Part shown: piece after piece, positions 1-15,341 of the stretch | How the letters are laid out: each line of letters opens with the position of its first letter | Position numbering within the stretch: position 1 is the stretch's first letter | DNA from: an uncultured Clostridia bacterium | Lineage (GTDB): Bacteria > Bacillota > Clostridia > Christensenellales > CAG-314 | Direction of reading: 5' to 3' | NCBI GenBank assembly: GCA_944336125.1 | Contig: CALVLA010000002.1 | Coordinates: forward strand, 87,301 to 151,300 | DNA length: 64,000 nt | Program-made: the position numbers and the translations under genes | Notes under the pieces: model-generated | Seen by the model: the letters and a program-made list of their open reading frames with translations, nothing else | What the model was told of the DNA's origin: nothing | The model's database searches: none

Positions 1-373
1 TGGCAGTATTCATGGCAGGAACCAACAATACTTTACTTTTTGTTGCCATTACGGTAGTAGAAAGCATATCGTCGGCTATTCCGCAGGCAATTTTTCCGAT
101 AATATTTGCCGTAGCGGGAGCAATCACAAACAAATCAGCTTTTTTTGCAAGCGAAACGTGTCCGACTTCCCAAGGGTGATTTCTGTCAAATGTGTCGGTT
201 ACTACAGGTCTATGAGAAAGTGTTTCGAACGTCAGCGGCGCAACAAATTCGGTTGCGTTTTTTGTCATTATAACGTCGACATTTATGCCGAGTTTGACAA
301 GTGACGACACGATTTCGCACGATTTATAGCAGGCTATTCCGCCGGTTACTCCCAAAACTACGTTTTTTTGCAT
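1..373 (-). CDS. coaBC: Phosphopantothenoylcysteine decarboxylase / CoaBC flavoprotein, N-terminal part only (the gene runs off the window start)
   Basis: Absent from the ORF track because it is truncated. Reverse translation from the ATG at 373-371 gives MQKNVVLGVTGGIACYKSCEIVSSLVKLGINVDVIMTKNATEFV...VIAPATANIIGKIACGIADDML, which matches the FMN-binding CoaC fold. It lies directly downstream of gmk-rpoZ, as in Bacillus. Confidence 0.8.
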   Translation of the reverse strand, partial: MQKNVVLGVTGGIACYKSCEIVSSLVKLGINVDVIMTKNATEFVAPLTFETLSHRPVVTDTFDRNHPWEVGHVSLAKKADLFVIAPATANIIGKIACGIADDMLSTTVMATKSKVLLVPAMNTA

Positions 374-374
374 A

Positions 375-569
375 TTATTCCTTAACGATTTTGATTTTTC
401 CTTCGTAAAGTTCTTCTGCGGCAAAAGAAATTGTTTTTACGTTTGTAGCAATTTCATCGTTTGCCTGCATCTGGTTGAGCTGTTTTGCCCTTTTTGTAAC
501 GGCACAGCACAATACATACTTGTTTCCGGCGATTTCAGTAAGTTCGTCAATAGGTGGTTTTGTTACCAT
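375..569 (-). CDS. rpoZ: DNA-directed RNA polymerase subunit omega
   Basis: 64 aa with ...NKYVLCCAVTKRAKQL..., a typical omega core. Sits in gmk-rpoZ synteny. Confidence 0.9.
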   Translation of the reverse strand: MVTKPPIDELTEIAGNKYVLCCAVTKRAKQLNQMQANDEIATNVKTISFAAEELYEGKIKIVKE

Positions 570-571
570 AA

Positions 572-1138
572 TTATATCCTCCCGATAATTTCCTTTATCT
601 TATTTACAGCGTTTTCTATTTCATCGTTTACTACGACGTAATCGTACTTTTCCATTTGGCTAAGCTCTATTTCGGCTTTTGCCATACGTTTTTTGATTGT
701 TTCCTCCGTTTCGCTTCCGCGCGAACGAAGCCTGTCAATCAAATCGCTCTTTTTAGGCACAGTGAGAAAAATCAACACGCTCTCCGGCATTTTTTCTTTT
801 ACCTGAAGTGCTCCGACAGGCTCAATTTCCAAAATTACGTTTTTGCCTTCATTGATATTGTCCAAAACAAACTTTTTTGGCGTACCGTAATAATTGTCAA
901 AGTGCTGGGCACACTCCAAAAAACCGTCCTCTTGTTTTGTTTTTAAAAAATTTTCCTTGTCGGTAAAAAAGTAACTTATGCCCTCTTTTTCGTCGGCCCT
1001 GGGACTTCTTGTCGTCATCGAAATCGACAACACCAATTGAGGCATTTCTTGCAAAAGTCTTTTGCATACTGTCCCTTTTCCCGCGCCCGACGGCCCCGAC
1101 AAAATAAACAATTTTCCTTTCATCTTTTGCTCTTCCAT
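572..1138 (-). CDS. gmk: Guanylate kinase
   Basis: P-loop GPSGAGKGT followed by TTRSPR and YYGT motifs. 188 aa. Confidence 0.95.
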   Translation of the reverse strand: MEEQKMKGKLFILSGPSGAGKGTVCKRLLQEMPQLVLSISMTTRSPRADEKEGISYFFTDKENFLKTKQEDGFLECAQHFDNYYGTPKKFVLDNINEGKNVILEIEPVGALQVKEKMPESVLIFLTVPKKSDLIDRLRSRGSETEETIKKRMAKAEIELSQMEKYDYVVVNDEIENAVNKIKEIIGRI

Positions 1139-1140
1139 TT

Positions 1141-2019
1141 TTATTCGGCATTTTGTACTTGCTCACGTATTTTTTCGATTTCGTTTTTAAGCGACAACGC
1201 AATCGAATTCAGTTGAGCATTGTTTGATTTTGAGCAAATGGTATTTGCTTCGCGGTTAAGTTCCTGCACCAAAAAGTCAAGCTTTCTGCCTGCGCAATCA
1301 TCCTCGCCGATAAGTTGCCTGAAATGACTCACGTGACTGAAAAGTCTTGCAATCTCTTCATCGATATTCGACTTGTCGATAAAAAACGCGACTTCGTTCA
1401 AAAATTTGCTTTCGTCATAATCGACGTCAGCCAAAGCTTCGCTAATGCGGATTTTAAGCTTTTCAGAATATTCTTCCGCAACGTCAGGCGCTTTTTCCTT
1501 AATTTGAACGACAAAGTTTTCTACGTTGTCAATCCTCGAAAGCAAGTCGTCTTTTATCTTTTCTCCTTCGAAACGTCTCATTTCATTAAGGTCGTCGCAA
1601 GCTATCGAAACGGTTTTGGACACCAGGCTTTTCAAAAATTCCTCGTCCTCTTCGGATGCAACCGCCTTTAACACATCAGGAATGCGCATGAGAGAATTGA
1701 GTGTGAAATCGTTTTGGATGCCTTTGAATTTTTCCGCAAGCTGCCTTGCGGCTTCAACGTACCCCGCTGCCAAACCGAAGTCAATGTCAACGTGCTTTTC
1801 CTTTTCACTTTTGTCGGAATAATTGACATAAACGTCGATATGACCGCGCGAAACGTTTTGAGCTATCGTTTTTCTCAAAATATCTTCGCAGCAACTGAAA
1901 ATTTTTGGCATTTTGATGTTCAAATCCAAAAATCTGTGGTTTACCGCTTTAAGTTCAATGGTAAGTTCGCGTCCTTCGCATACGACGTTTGCCTTACCGT
2001 AACCTGTCATACTGTACAT
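1141..2019 (-). CDS. YicC/YloC family stress-induced protein (endoribonuclease-like)
   Basis: 292 aa. N-terminus MYSMTGYGKA and C-terminal ELNREANTICSKS...KNEIEKIREQVQNAE are characteristic of the YicC family. Lies upstream of gmk as B. subtilis yloC does. Confidence 0.85.
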   Translation of the reverse strand: MYSMTGYGKANVVCEGRELTIELKAVNHRFLDLNIKMPKIFSCCEDILRKTIAQNVSRGHIDVYVNYSDKSEKEKHVDIDFGLAAGYVEAARQLAEKFKGIQNDFTLNSLMRIPDVLKAVASEEDEEFLKSLVSKTVSIACDDLNEMRRFEGEKIKDDLLSRIDNVENFVVQIKEKAPDVAEEYSEKLKIRISEALADVDYDESKFLNEVAFFIDKSNIDEEIARLFSHVSHFRQLIGEDDCAGRKLDFLVQELNREANTICSKSNNAQLNSIALSLKNEIEKIREQVQNAE

Positions 2020-2089
2020 AATGACCTCATTTTATTGAACAATAATTATAGCATATCGGCAATTTTTTTTCAAACTTTTTGAAAAAATT

Positions 2090-6135
<4,046 letters not shown>

Positions 6136-6216
6136 AAAAATTCCTTTAACGGCAAATTGCCATACTTATCATTATAAATATCATAGCAAAAAAGCAGGGA
6201 AAAATAAAGCCTATTT

Positions 6217-6244
6217 AAAAACAAAACCGCGGTTTTAACCGCGG
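6217..6244 (-). terminator. Putative intrinsic terminator after the 130-aa ORF
   Basis: On the minus strand: CCGCGG-TTAAAA-CCGCGG followed by TTTTGTTTTT. The stop codon lies in the loop. Confidence 0.45.
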
Positions 6245-6627
6245 CAATTAATTTCCCTTTCGCTGTAAAATCTGTCCTTCATTTTTTTGAATTTTTTGGA
6301 CAATTCAAATATGTATTGCTGTCTCGAAGACTCGTTCATTTCCTGCATTTTCTGCTTGTCGGCAAGCTCGCCGATAGGATTTATCACTACCTTGTCACCC
6401 GACAACAGTTCGCACACTTTTTTGTAAAAAATTTCATCCTCTTCCGAATCTCCGTCAAAAAGCTTTCTTTTCAAAACTTCACGGTACTCGCAAAATACGA
6501 CGTCGGAGTTTTTTCCCTGATTGACTGCGGTTTTTACGTCCTGAGCCCTCTTTGCGATAACTTCTTCCCAAAATCCGCTTTTAAGCCTTGCTTTCGCCTC
6601 TTTTGCATATTCTTTGATAGTTGGCAT
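6235..6627 (-). CDS. Hypothetical protein (130 aa, Lys/Glu-rich, no family recognised)
   Basis: Clean ORF between rpsU and pcrA, in the position that a GatB/YqeY-like gene occupies in Bacillus. The sequence does not resemble YqeY. Confidence 0.5.
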   Translation of the reverse strand: MPTIKEYAKEAKARLKSGFWEEVIAKRAQDVKTAVNQGKNSDVVFCEYREVLKRKLFDGDSEEDEIFYKKVCELLSGDKVVINPIGELADKQKMQEMNESSRQQYIFELSKKFKKMKDRFYSEREINCRG

Positions 6628-6664
6628 TTTGTTTTACTCCTATGCGAAATTTGTCGAAAACCCT

Positions 6665-6701
6665 GAATAGAACAATTGCTTGCCCGTTTGGGCAAGCAAT
6701 T
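6665..6701 (-). terminator. Putative rpsU terminator hairpin
   Basis: 12-bp perfect stem AATTGCTTGCCC / GGGCAAGCAATT with a 4-nt loop. The T-tract is weak. Confidence 0.45.
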
Positions 6702-6704
6702 AAA

Positions 6705-6884
6705 TTACATTTTTGATTTGCGTTTCCTAGCAGCTTCCGACTTTTTTTTGCGTCTTACGCTAGGTTTTTCATAATGTTCCTTGCGTCTGATGTCGCTGAT
6801 GATGCAATCTCTCGCGCATTTTCTTTTAAATCTGCGCAAAGCACTGTCGAGTGTTTCGTTTTCGCCGACTCTGATTGTAGACAC
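6705..6884 (-). CDS. rpsU: 30S ribosomal protein S21
   Basis: [22 protein letters not shown]... matches S21. I trimmed the tracked TTG start. The sequence AAGGAGG-N8-GTG places the start at 6884. Confidence 0.9.
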   Translation of the reverse strand: MSTIRVGENETLDSALRRFKRKCARDCIISDIRRKEHYEKPSVRRKKKSEAARKRKSKM

Positions 6885-6965
6885 TGTTTTTCGCCTCCTT
6901 CCCAAGGAACGGTAATATTTTGAACAAAACTATTATACTTATTCACGAAAATTTGTCAAGGTTTT

Positions 6966-7307
6966 TCAGTTCTTTTCCCAACCCAATTTTTCACCGCTCA
7001 AAATGTGGACGTGAACGTGAGGAATGGACTGTCCGCCGTTTTTACCCTGATTGATGACGATACGGAAACCGTCGTCAAGTTCAAGTTCTTTTTTGAGAGA
7101 TTTAAGCTTTTTGATGCATTTCAAAAAGTTTTCGGCCTGTGCGTCAGTCATATCTTCCAAAAGTCTGTAATGTTCTTTAGGAATCATCAAAAAGTGATTT
7201 TTGGCTTTAGGCTCAATGTCCCTTATGATAATCATCAAATCGTCTTCATAAACTTTTTTTACCTCAAGTTGTCCGTTTGCGAATTTGCAAAACAAGCAGT
7301 CATTCAT
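6966..7307 (-). CDS. HIT family protein (histidine triad nucleotide hydrolase)
   Basis: Histidine-triad motif HVHVHIL near the C-terminus. Start set at MNDCLFCKF (7307), which overlaps the mtaB stop by 8 nt. The longer tracked ORF would overlap mtaB extensively. Confidence 0.88.
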   Translation of the reverse strand: MNDCLFCKFANGQLEVKKVYEDDLMIIIRDIEPKAKNHFLMIPKEHYRLLEDMTDAQAENFLKCIKKLKSLKKELELDDGFRIVINQGKNGGQSIPHVHVHILSGEKLGWEKN

Positions 7308-8559
7308 AAATAACCTCCCCGGATAAACCGTCCTCAAAAAAATCTTTGAGTAGCACAAGGTACTCGGTATTTTCTTTGACGGTGTTTTTGTCAAGATAAA
7401 CTTTTAAATAATTATGCGTGTAACCGCAAATTTTGTCGTTGTGAACTTCTTCCGTCAAAACGTAAAGCTTTTTGTTCAAAAAGGAAGTCAAAAACTCACG
7501 TTTCAGCTGAAGTTTGATGCTCCCCAAAATTTCCGCCCTTTTCTTTTTAGTTTCGGCGTCAACCTGAGGAAATTTTGAAGCAACCGTTCCCTTTCTCGCA
7601 GAATATGGGAAAACGTGAATATCCCCGAACCCCACTTTTTTCACAAATTCGCAGGTTTCGTCAAACATTTCCTCCGTTTCACCGGGAAAACCCACGATAA
7701 CGTCGGTCGTCACGTTTGCGTCAGGGAAAAATTCCTTGATAAGACGAACTTTTTCAAAATACTCCTGCGTGGAATAATGGCGGTTCATCTTTTTTAATAC
7801 TCTATCACTTCCGCTTTGCAATGACAAGTGAAAATGTTGGCAAAACCATTTGTTTTGAGACAAAACAGCCAAAAAATCACGGTTTATTACGTTTGCTTCC
7901 AAACTACCGAGCCTTAAACGAACGCCTATGTTGTCAAGATTTTTAATGAGCTCGCTCAAATTCGTACCTATGTCCTTTCCGTACGAACTGATGTCGATAC
8001 CCGTAAGCACTATTTCGTTGACACTGTCTTTTGCTTTGTTTACTTCATTTAATACGTCTGAAATTTGTCTGCTTCTGTTTCGTCCTCTCAAATAAGGTAT
8101 GAGGCAATAACTGCAAAAATTGTTGCAACCGTCCTGAATTTTAATGGTCTGACGTGTTTTTGTCTTTTGAGCAGGCACCGTATATTCATAAGCAGCAGGC
8201 AATTCGTCTATTTCCGCACCCGACAAGTCTTTCACGATAGCCTCGACAATTTTTGTTTTTCCTGCAACACCTTTGATAAACCTGACGTTTGAGTATTTTT
8301 CAAACTGAACGGGATTGCTTTGGGAAGCGCAGCCGATAACGTAAATTTTGCAATCGGGATTGAGTTTTACCATTTTGGCGACAGTCTGCCGCGACTTTTT
8401 TTCAGCCTCCGCGGTAACGGCACAGCTGTTTAAAATAAACGCGTCGGCAAAATCAAGCCCTTCAAAAGCCTCGTATCCCAAAGAACACAGCATGTTGACC
8501 AACACGCCGCTTTCATACTGATTTACTTTGCAACCAAGTGTATAAACGCAAATTTTCAT
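7300..8559 (-). CDS. mtaB: tRNA (N6-threonylcarbamoyladenosine-37) methylthiotransferase, MiaB-like radical SAM enzyme
   Basis: 419 aa. N-terminal UPF0004 domain (MKICVYTLGCKVNQYES), a radical-SAM CNNFCSYC motif and a C-terminal TRAM-like end. Lies downstream of rsmE like B. subtilis yqeV. Confidence 0.85.
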   Translation of the reverse strand: MKICVYTLGCKVNQYESGVLVNMLCSLGYEAFEGLDFADAFILNSCAVTAEAEKKSRQTVAKMVKLNPDCKIYVIGCASQSNPVQFEKYSNVRFIKGVAGKTKIVEAIVKDLSGAEIDELPAAYEYTVPAQKTKTRQTIKIQDGCNNFCSYCLIPYLRGRNRSRQISDVLNEVNKAKDSVNEIVLTGIDISSYGKDIGTNLSELIKNLDNIGVRLRLGSLEANVINRDFLAVLSQNKWFCQHFHLSLQSGSDRVLKKMNRHYSTQEYFEKVRLIKEFFPDANVTTDVIVGFPGETEEMFDETCEFVKKVGFGDIHVFPYSARKGTVASKFPQVDAETKKKRAEILGSIKLQLKREFLTSFLNKKLYVLTEEVHNDKICGYTHNYLKVYLDKNTVKENTEYLVLLKDFFEDGLSGEVIYE

Positions 8560-9299
8560 TTGTTTTTTTCCGCCATAACCGAGACCAAAACCGAAAGCGC
8601 AAACACTCCCGCCGTTTCGGCTCTTAAAATCCTGTTTCCGAAAGACACCGACAAAACGTTTGTCAGGCTTTTGATTTCTTCCGCCTCTTCTTTGGCAAAA
8701 CCGCCCTCACTTCCTATCACGACTGCGATTTTTCCCTTAAAATCAAGTTTGTAAAGTTCACTCAAAAAACCGTTTTGCTTTTCGTGTTCGTTGCAAAATA
8801 TAACAGTATCGAACAATTTAAGCATTTCAAGCATTTTTTTAAAGCTTACGCAGTCAAAAATCTGCGTGAGTTTTGCCCTTCCGCACTGTTTTGAAGCTTC
8901 AAAGGCAATTCTTGAAAACCTTTCTGTCTTTTTGCCGTCCAATTTTGCGACGGTAAATTTGTTTTCAAAAGGAACGATAACGTTTACTCCCAATTCCACC
9001 GCTTTTTGAACGCAAAAATCCATTTTGTCGCCTTTCATGCATGCCTGAAAAAGAGTAACTTCACAAATATTTTCCGCCTTGTTTAAAAATGACTGCTTGA
9101 TTTTTACTTTTATATTTTTGTCACAAATTTCAACGATTTCGCAAAGATTGTCCACTCCGTCGTTAAAACAAACTATTATTTCGTCTCCCGCACGAAGCCT
9201 CAAAACTTTTTTTATGTGATTGAATTCGTTGCCTTCGATAATGCCGAATTCGTTGTCGAAGCAGCTTTTGTCAGCAAAAAACCTCCTGAATTCGGCCAT
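8556..9299 (-). CDS. rsmE: 16S rRNA (uracil1498-N3)-methyltransferase
   Basis: 247 aa with a PUA-like N-terminus and a SPOUT C-terminus (VIGSEGGF...LRAETA). Sits in prmA-rsmE synteny. Confidence 0.88.
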   Translation of the reverse strand: MAEFRRFFADKSCFDNEFGIIEGNEFNHIKKVLRLRAGDEIIVCFNDGVDNLCEIVEICDKNIKVKIKQSFLNKAENICEVTLFQACMKGDKMDFCVQKAVELGVNVIVPFENKFTVAKLDGKKTERFSRIAFEASKQCGRAKLTQIFDCVSFKKMLEMLKLFDTVIFCNEHEKQNGFLSELYKLDFKGKIAVVIGSEGGFAKEEAEEIKSLTNVLSVSFGNRILRAETAGVFALSVLVSVMAEKNK

Positions 9300-9300
9300 T

Positions 9301-10206
9301 TTAAACCTCGCACAACATCGACGTCCACTCGCCGCGCCTGATAATTTTTTTGACCGTCAGATGATTTTGCCTGCAAGCGGCAAGCACGTCGCATTCCTTT
9401 TCAAGCAAAATTCCGCTAAAAACAAACTTGCTTCCCTTTTTAGCGAATTTCAAAATGTCGTCAAAAAATTTGCAGATTATGTCAGCCGTCAGATTTGCGA
9501 AAATCACGTCGTATTTTCCCGAGTAATGGTCAAAAGTACCGCATTCTACAACTGCCAAATGATTCAAACCGTTGAGAGAAAGGTTTTTGTTTGTCGCCAT
9601 GCAAGCCTGACTGTCGTAATCGACAAAAAAACAGCTTGTAGCGCCGCGCAACAAAAACGAAATACCCAAAATTCCGCTGCCGCAACCCAAATCGGCAATT
9701 TTTTTGCCGTTCATGTCAATCGTTTGCCCAAGTTTAAGACAAGTTTGAGTGGTTTCATGCTCGCCAGTGCCAAAAGCAACGCCGACGTCCATTTTTACCA
9801 CCGTTTCACCATCATTTTTGTCATAGCTGTATTCTTCCGGACAAATAACGATTTTGTCTACTTTAACCGGCCTGAAAAACTTTTTCCTGTAAAAAATCCA
9901 TTCATCGCCGTCAATGTCCTTTTTAGCTACGGTAAGCTTGCCGAATTCTTTATTATCAAGGTTTTTCAACCTGCTTTGCAGTATTTCGAGAGTTTCGTTT
10001 TCCTTTTCAGGCAAAACAAAGCCTTTTACCACAACATCGTCGGAAAGTGAAGCAAGCAGTTTGTCGTCGCAATAGTCCCAGTCGGCATTCAAAAAATCCT
10101 GTTTGTCGTAAATCGCTACACCCTCATCGGTAAGTTCGCTCAAAATGTCCGCAACAAGCTCCGAGCCCGAATGACTTGTGCTTACAGCAATCTCAATATA
10201 TTTCAT
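9301..10206 (-). CDS. prmA: Ribosomal protein L11 methyltransferase
   Basis: 301 aa. The MKYIEIAV start, AFGTGEHETT and the SAM motif DLGCGSGIL are diagnostic of PrmA. Confidence 0.92.
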   Translation of the reverse strand: MKYIEIAVSTSHSGSELVADILSELTDEGVAIYDKQDFLNADWDYCDDKLLASLSDDVVVKGFVLPEKENETLEILQSRLKNLDNKEFGKLTVAKKDIDGDEWIFYRKKFFRPVKVDKIVICPEEYSYDKNDGETVVKMDVGVAFGTGEHETTQTCLKLGQTIDMNGKKIADLGCGSGILGISFLLRGATSCFFVDYDSQACMATNKNLSLNGLNHLAVVECGTFDHYSGKYDVIFANLTADIICKFFDDILKFAKKGSKFVFSGILLEKECDVLAACRQNHLTVKKIIRRGEWTSMLCEV

Positions 10207-10538
10207 AAACCACCGTTCATCAAAATATCAATAAGTATTTTTGCGTTTTCCCATTCGCTTTTAAGCGATTTGAGGTATCTGATTCCTTCGCCGGTAATAT
10301 CGTAATATTTACGTTTGATACCTTCAGCCTCGTCTCCCCACTTGCCCTGAATAAAGCCATCCCTTTCAAGCCTATGGTAAGCGGAATAAAGCGACTGTTC
10401 GTTTGGTACATACAAATTGTTTGATTTTTTTGCAATGGTACTTCTGATTTCCGCACCGTATTTAACGCCGTCTAGCAAAGCCGAAAGAACAAAAGCGTCG
10501 ATGTGTCCTCGCAGCAAATCGCTTGAAATTACCTGCAT
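10203..10538 (-). CDS. PadR family transcriptional regulator
   Basis: 111 aa. LRGHIDAFVLSALLDG..YG.EI...SLYSAYHRLERDGFI...KRKYYDITGEG is the PadR winged-helix signature. Confidence 0.85.
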   Translation of the reverse strand: MQVISSDLLRGHIDAFVLSALLDGVKYGAEIRSTIAKKSNNLYVPNEQSLYSAYHRLERDGFIQGKWGDEAEGIKRKYYDITGEGIRYLKSLKSEWENAKILIDILMNGGL

Positions 10539-10630
10539 ACTTCCCTCCGAAAACTCTTATTTTTAATTATTTTATCATATATGTCTGTAATAGTAAATCA
10601 AAAAAACACATTATGTTTGAAATAGGACAC

Positions 10631-10659
10631 AAAAAAAACGGCAAATTTTTGCCGTTTTT
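10631..10659 (-). terminator. dnaJ intrinsic terminator
   Basis: On the minus strand: ACGGCAA-loop-TTGCCGT followed by TTTTTTTT, immediately after the dnaJ stop. Confidence 0.7.
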
Positions 10660-10660
10660 C

Positions 10661-11794
10661 TTATTTATACAGTTTTGTAATTTCTTCGTTGTATTTTTGT
10701 TGATTAGGATAATTCCTCATCGACATGTTCTTTTCAAACTCGAGGATAGCGTCTTTGTCGCCTTTTGAAACGCTTTTCGGAACTTCCACCACTACTTTCA
10801 CGTACAAATCACCGAGAGAACCGCGCTCGTTCCTGATGCCCATTCCGCGAAGTCTGAATACCTCGTTATTTTTGGTACCTTCCGGAATTTTGTGGATATA
10901 TTTTCCGTTTAACGTAGGCACTTCGATTTCACCGCCGCGCACAGCCAGCGAAAACGAGATAGGAACTTCGACATAAAGATCCAGATTTTCACGTTTAAGC
11001 ACAGTGCTAGGTTCCACTTCAATGACAAGCAACACATTCCCGTTGAATCCGTTCGGGTATCTGGAAGCGTTGCCCTGATTTCTCAGCGTCAGCACCTGTC
11101 CGTTTTCCACTCCCGGGGGAATGTGAACTGAAATGACTTTCTTTTTGTTTACAAGCCCCGTTCCTCTGCAATCCTTGCATTTGTCGGTGATTATCCTGCC
11201 CGTTCCGCCGCAGGCGTCGCATTGTTTTACGCTTACGCTTCTGCCGAAAATCGTATCTTTTACAAACTGAACCTGACCGGTTCCATTACATTTGTCGCAT
11301 ACTTTCGAACTTTTTTCATCTTTCGCTCCCGTTCCTTTGCAAGTCGGACATTTTTCCATTCTGGAAAAGGAAATTTCTTTCGAGCAGCCTTTGCAACTTT
11401 CCAAAAACGAAAGCCTTATTTTGTAAGTAATGTCGCTGCCGTTATATGCAGCGCTTGAACTGCGACTCCTTCCGCCGCCCATGAAGTTTGAAAATATGTC
11501 GAATATATCGTCAAAACCGCCGGCGGAGAAACCTCCTCCGCCGAACGGATTGAACCCACCGTAATTTGCGCCGTCAAAATCCATTTCGCCGCGGTCATAT
11601 CTTGCGCGTTTTTCCTTGTCGGACAAAACTTCGTATGCCTCGTTTACTTCCTTGAATTTTTCCGCCGCCTGCGGATTGTCAGGATTTAAGTCAGGGTGAT
11701 ACTGTTTCGCCATTTTGCGGTAAGCAGATTTTATGTCGCTTTCCGTGGCATTTTTGTCAATCCCCAGAGTTTTGTAATAATCCTTTGAAGGCAT
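10661..11794 (-). CDS. dnaJ: Molecular chaperone DnaJ
   Basis: J-domain with HPD, a G/F region and four CxxCxGxG zinc motifs. 377 aa. Confidence 0.97.
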   Translation of the reverse strand: MPSKDYYKTLGIDKNATESDIKSAYRKMAKQYHPDLNPDNPQAAEKFKEVNEAYEVLSDKEKRARYDRGEMDFDGANYGGFNPFGGGGFSAGGFDDIFDIFSNFMGGGRSRSSSAAYNGSDITYKIRLSFLESCKGCSKEISFSRMEKCPTCKGTGAKDEKSSKVCDKCNGTGQVQFVKDTIFGRSVSVKQCDACGGTGRIITDKCKDCRGTGLVNKKKVISVHIPPGVENGQVLTLRNQGNASRYPNGFNGNVLLVIEVEPSTVLKRENLDLYVEVPISFSLAVRGGEIEVPTLNGKYIHKIPEGTKNNEVFRLRGMGIRNERGSLGDLYVKVVVEVPKSVSKGDKDAILEFEKNMSMRNYPNQQKYNEEITKLYK

Positions 11795-11802
11795 AACACT
11801 CC

Positions 11803-13629
<1,827 letters not shown>

Positions 13630-13641
13630 TTATATTTCCTC

Positions 13642-14277
13642 CTAACATCCTACTTTTACTTGTGCATACTTGACGATTTTGTCACCCAGTTTGTAACCTT
13701 TTGACAAAACCTCAATTATTTTGTTTTTATTTTCCTCTCCGGCTTCTGCTTTTGCTATCGCATACGAAGTCGAAGGATCAAATTCCGTATTTAAAACTTC
13801 TATTTCTTCAAGACCTACTTCGCCCAAAACTTTCAAAAACTGACGCTCTATCATCGCGAAAGGTTCAAGTTCAGGTTTTCCTTTAAGACTTTCCTTAGCT
13901 CTGTCAAATACGTCCAGTATGGGCAAAATCCTTTCAATTACCAAAATTTTGCCTTCCTCTTTCGAATTGTCTTTGGCAGCGTTGGTCCTTCGTTTATAGT
14001 TTTCAAAATCTCTTTTTATCATTGCAAGCTGATCAAGGTACTCGTTTCCCTTTTCAACTTTCTTTTTCAGTTCTTCCTGCTCTTTGATAAGCTGCTCGTT
14101 TTCGTTGACCATTGCGTCAACCAAATCGCGCTGTGACTTATACAAAGCAAGCAATTCCTCGTGCGTAAGCTTTTCGGCGTCAATACCTTCCGAATTTATT
14201 TTTTCGCCTTCGCATGCTTCGCAGTTTCCGTCGCAGTCAACTGCGTCACAAAGCTTTTCGTTTTTTTCCTCAGCCAT
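13642..14277 (-). CDS. grpE: Nucleotide exchange factor GrpE (with a Cys-rich N-terminal tail)
   Basis: 211 aa. The coiled-coil plus FENYKRR and C-terminal beta-domain follow the GrpE pattern. Positioned between hrcA and dnaK. Confidence 0.93.
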   Translation of the reverse strand: MAEEKNEKLCDAVDCDGNCEACEGEKINSEGIDAEKLTHEELLALYKSQRDLVDAMVNENEQLIKEQEELKKKVEKGNEYLDQLAMIKRDFENYKRRTNAAKDNSKEEGKILVIERILPILDVFDRAKESLKGKPELEPFAMIERQFLKVLGEVGLEEIEVLNTEFDPSTSYAIAKAEAGEENKNKIIEVLSKGYKLGDKIVKYAQVKVGC

Positions 14278-15303
14278 TTATTCCTCCTCGTTGAGCAATT
14301 TTTCGATAAGTTTTCCTATGTGATCCAAAACCGAAACCACTTTTTTATAATCCATTCTGACAGGACCGATAACGCCGATGTTGCCGATACTGTTTTGATT
14401 AAGCCCCACTTTTGCGGTAACGACCGAGCATCCGTCAGGCAAATCCTGTTCTTCCTCGCGCCCGATCTTTATGTTAAGCTCAAGGCCGTTGTCCTCGGTA
14501 GAAAACAATTTTGCGAGTTTTTGTTTCTGCTCGATTGTCTGCAAAAATTGTTTTGCGTTGTCAATATCGTTGTATTCCGGATAATCCAAAATTTGAGAAG
14601 CACCTTGAGTAATGATTTCCTGCTTTTTCATGGAAACTTCTCTCAAAATTTTTAGTACGTCTTCAAAAATTTCATGCAGAGATTTAAGTTCGTCGTTTAA
14701 AACATCTACCAGATCTATATCTTTAAGTTCGTCAAACTTTTTTGGGGTAAACAGTTTGTTAAGCCAGTTGTTTACGTTTTCTAGATCTTTTTCCGAAAGA
14801 TTTACAGGAACATCGATAATATGATCTTTAAAAACGTTTCTGTCGCTGACTATCAAAACAAGCGCGTTTCCCTGAGTAAGCTGAACAAGCCTTATTTTAT
14901 TGATTGTTTCTTTTCCTATGCTGTCACCCACCGCAACCGAAGTGTAGTGAGTAACTTCCGCCAAAACTTCAGCCACACGGCTCATAACGTCCTGCATAGA
15001 TGAGATTTTGTCGGTAAAGTGACTTTCTATCGCAGAAATTTCATCTCTCGACAAAGGCGTAACCATAAGTTGGTCGACATAAAACCTAAAAGCTTTTTGG
15101 CTAGGAATCCTGCCCGACGAAGTGTGAGGCTGAACGAGGTAACCCATGCTTTCGAGAGCAGAAAGTTCGTTTCGGATTGTCGCGCTTGAGTAATCGGGAA
15201 GATGTTCTTCCTGAATTTTTTTGCTGCTGACAGGTTCCGCGGTAACGATATAATCATCCACCAACGAATAAAGTATTTTCTTTTTTCTGTCGGAAAGCGT
15301 CAT
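14278..15303 (-). CDS. hrcA: Heat-inducible transcription repressor HrcA
   Basis: 341 aa. MTLSDRKKKILYSLVDDYI..AEPVSSK and TIRNELSALE form the winged-helix N-terminus. Confidence 0.95.
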   Translation of the reverse strand: MTLSDRKKKILYSLVDDYIVTAEPVSSKKIQEEHLPDYSSATIRNELSALESMGYLVQPHTSSGRIPSQKAFRFYVDQLMVTPLSRDEISAIESHFTDKISSMQDVMSRVAEVLAEVTHYTSVAVGDSIGKETINKIRLVQLTQGNALVLIVSDRNVFKDHIIDVPVNLSEKDLENVNNWLNKLFTPKKFDELKDIDLVDVLNDELKSLHEIFEDVLKILREVSMKKQEIITQGASQILDYPEYNDIDNAKQFLQTIEQKQKLAKLFSTEDNGLELNIKIGREEEQDLPDGCSVVTAKVGLNQNSIGNIGVIGPVRMDYKKVVSVLDHIGKLIEKLLNEEE

Positions 15304-15341
15304 TATCTAATCAACCTCCTTTTGATATATTTTTGCGAGTG

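Noticed and set aside
10580-10592. 13-mer TATGTCTGTAATA, repeated at 19256-19268, as a possible shared regulator (PadR) site
   Set aside because: Short exact matches of this length are expected by chance many times in 64 kb of AT-rich DNA. The second copy lies in a convergent terminator region, not a promoter.
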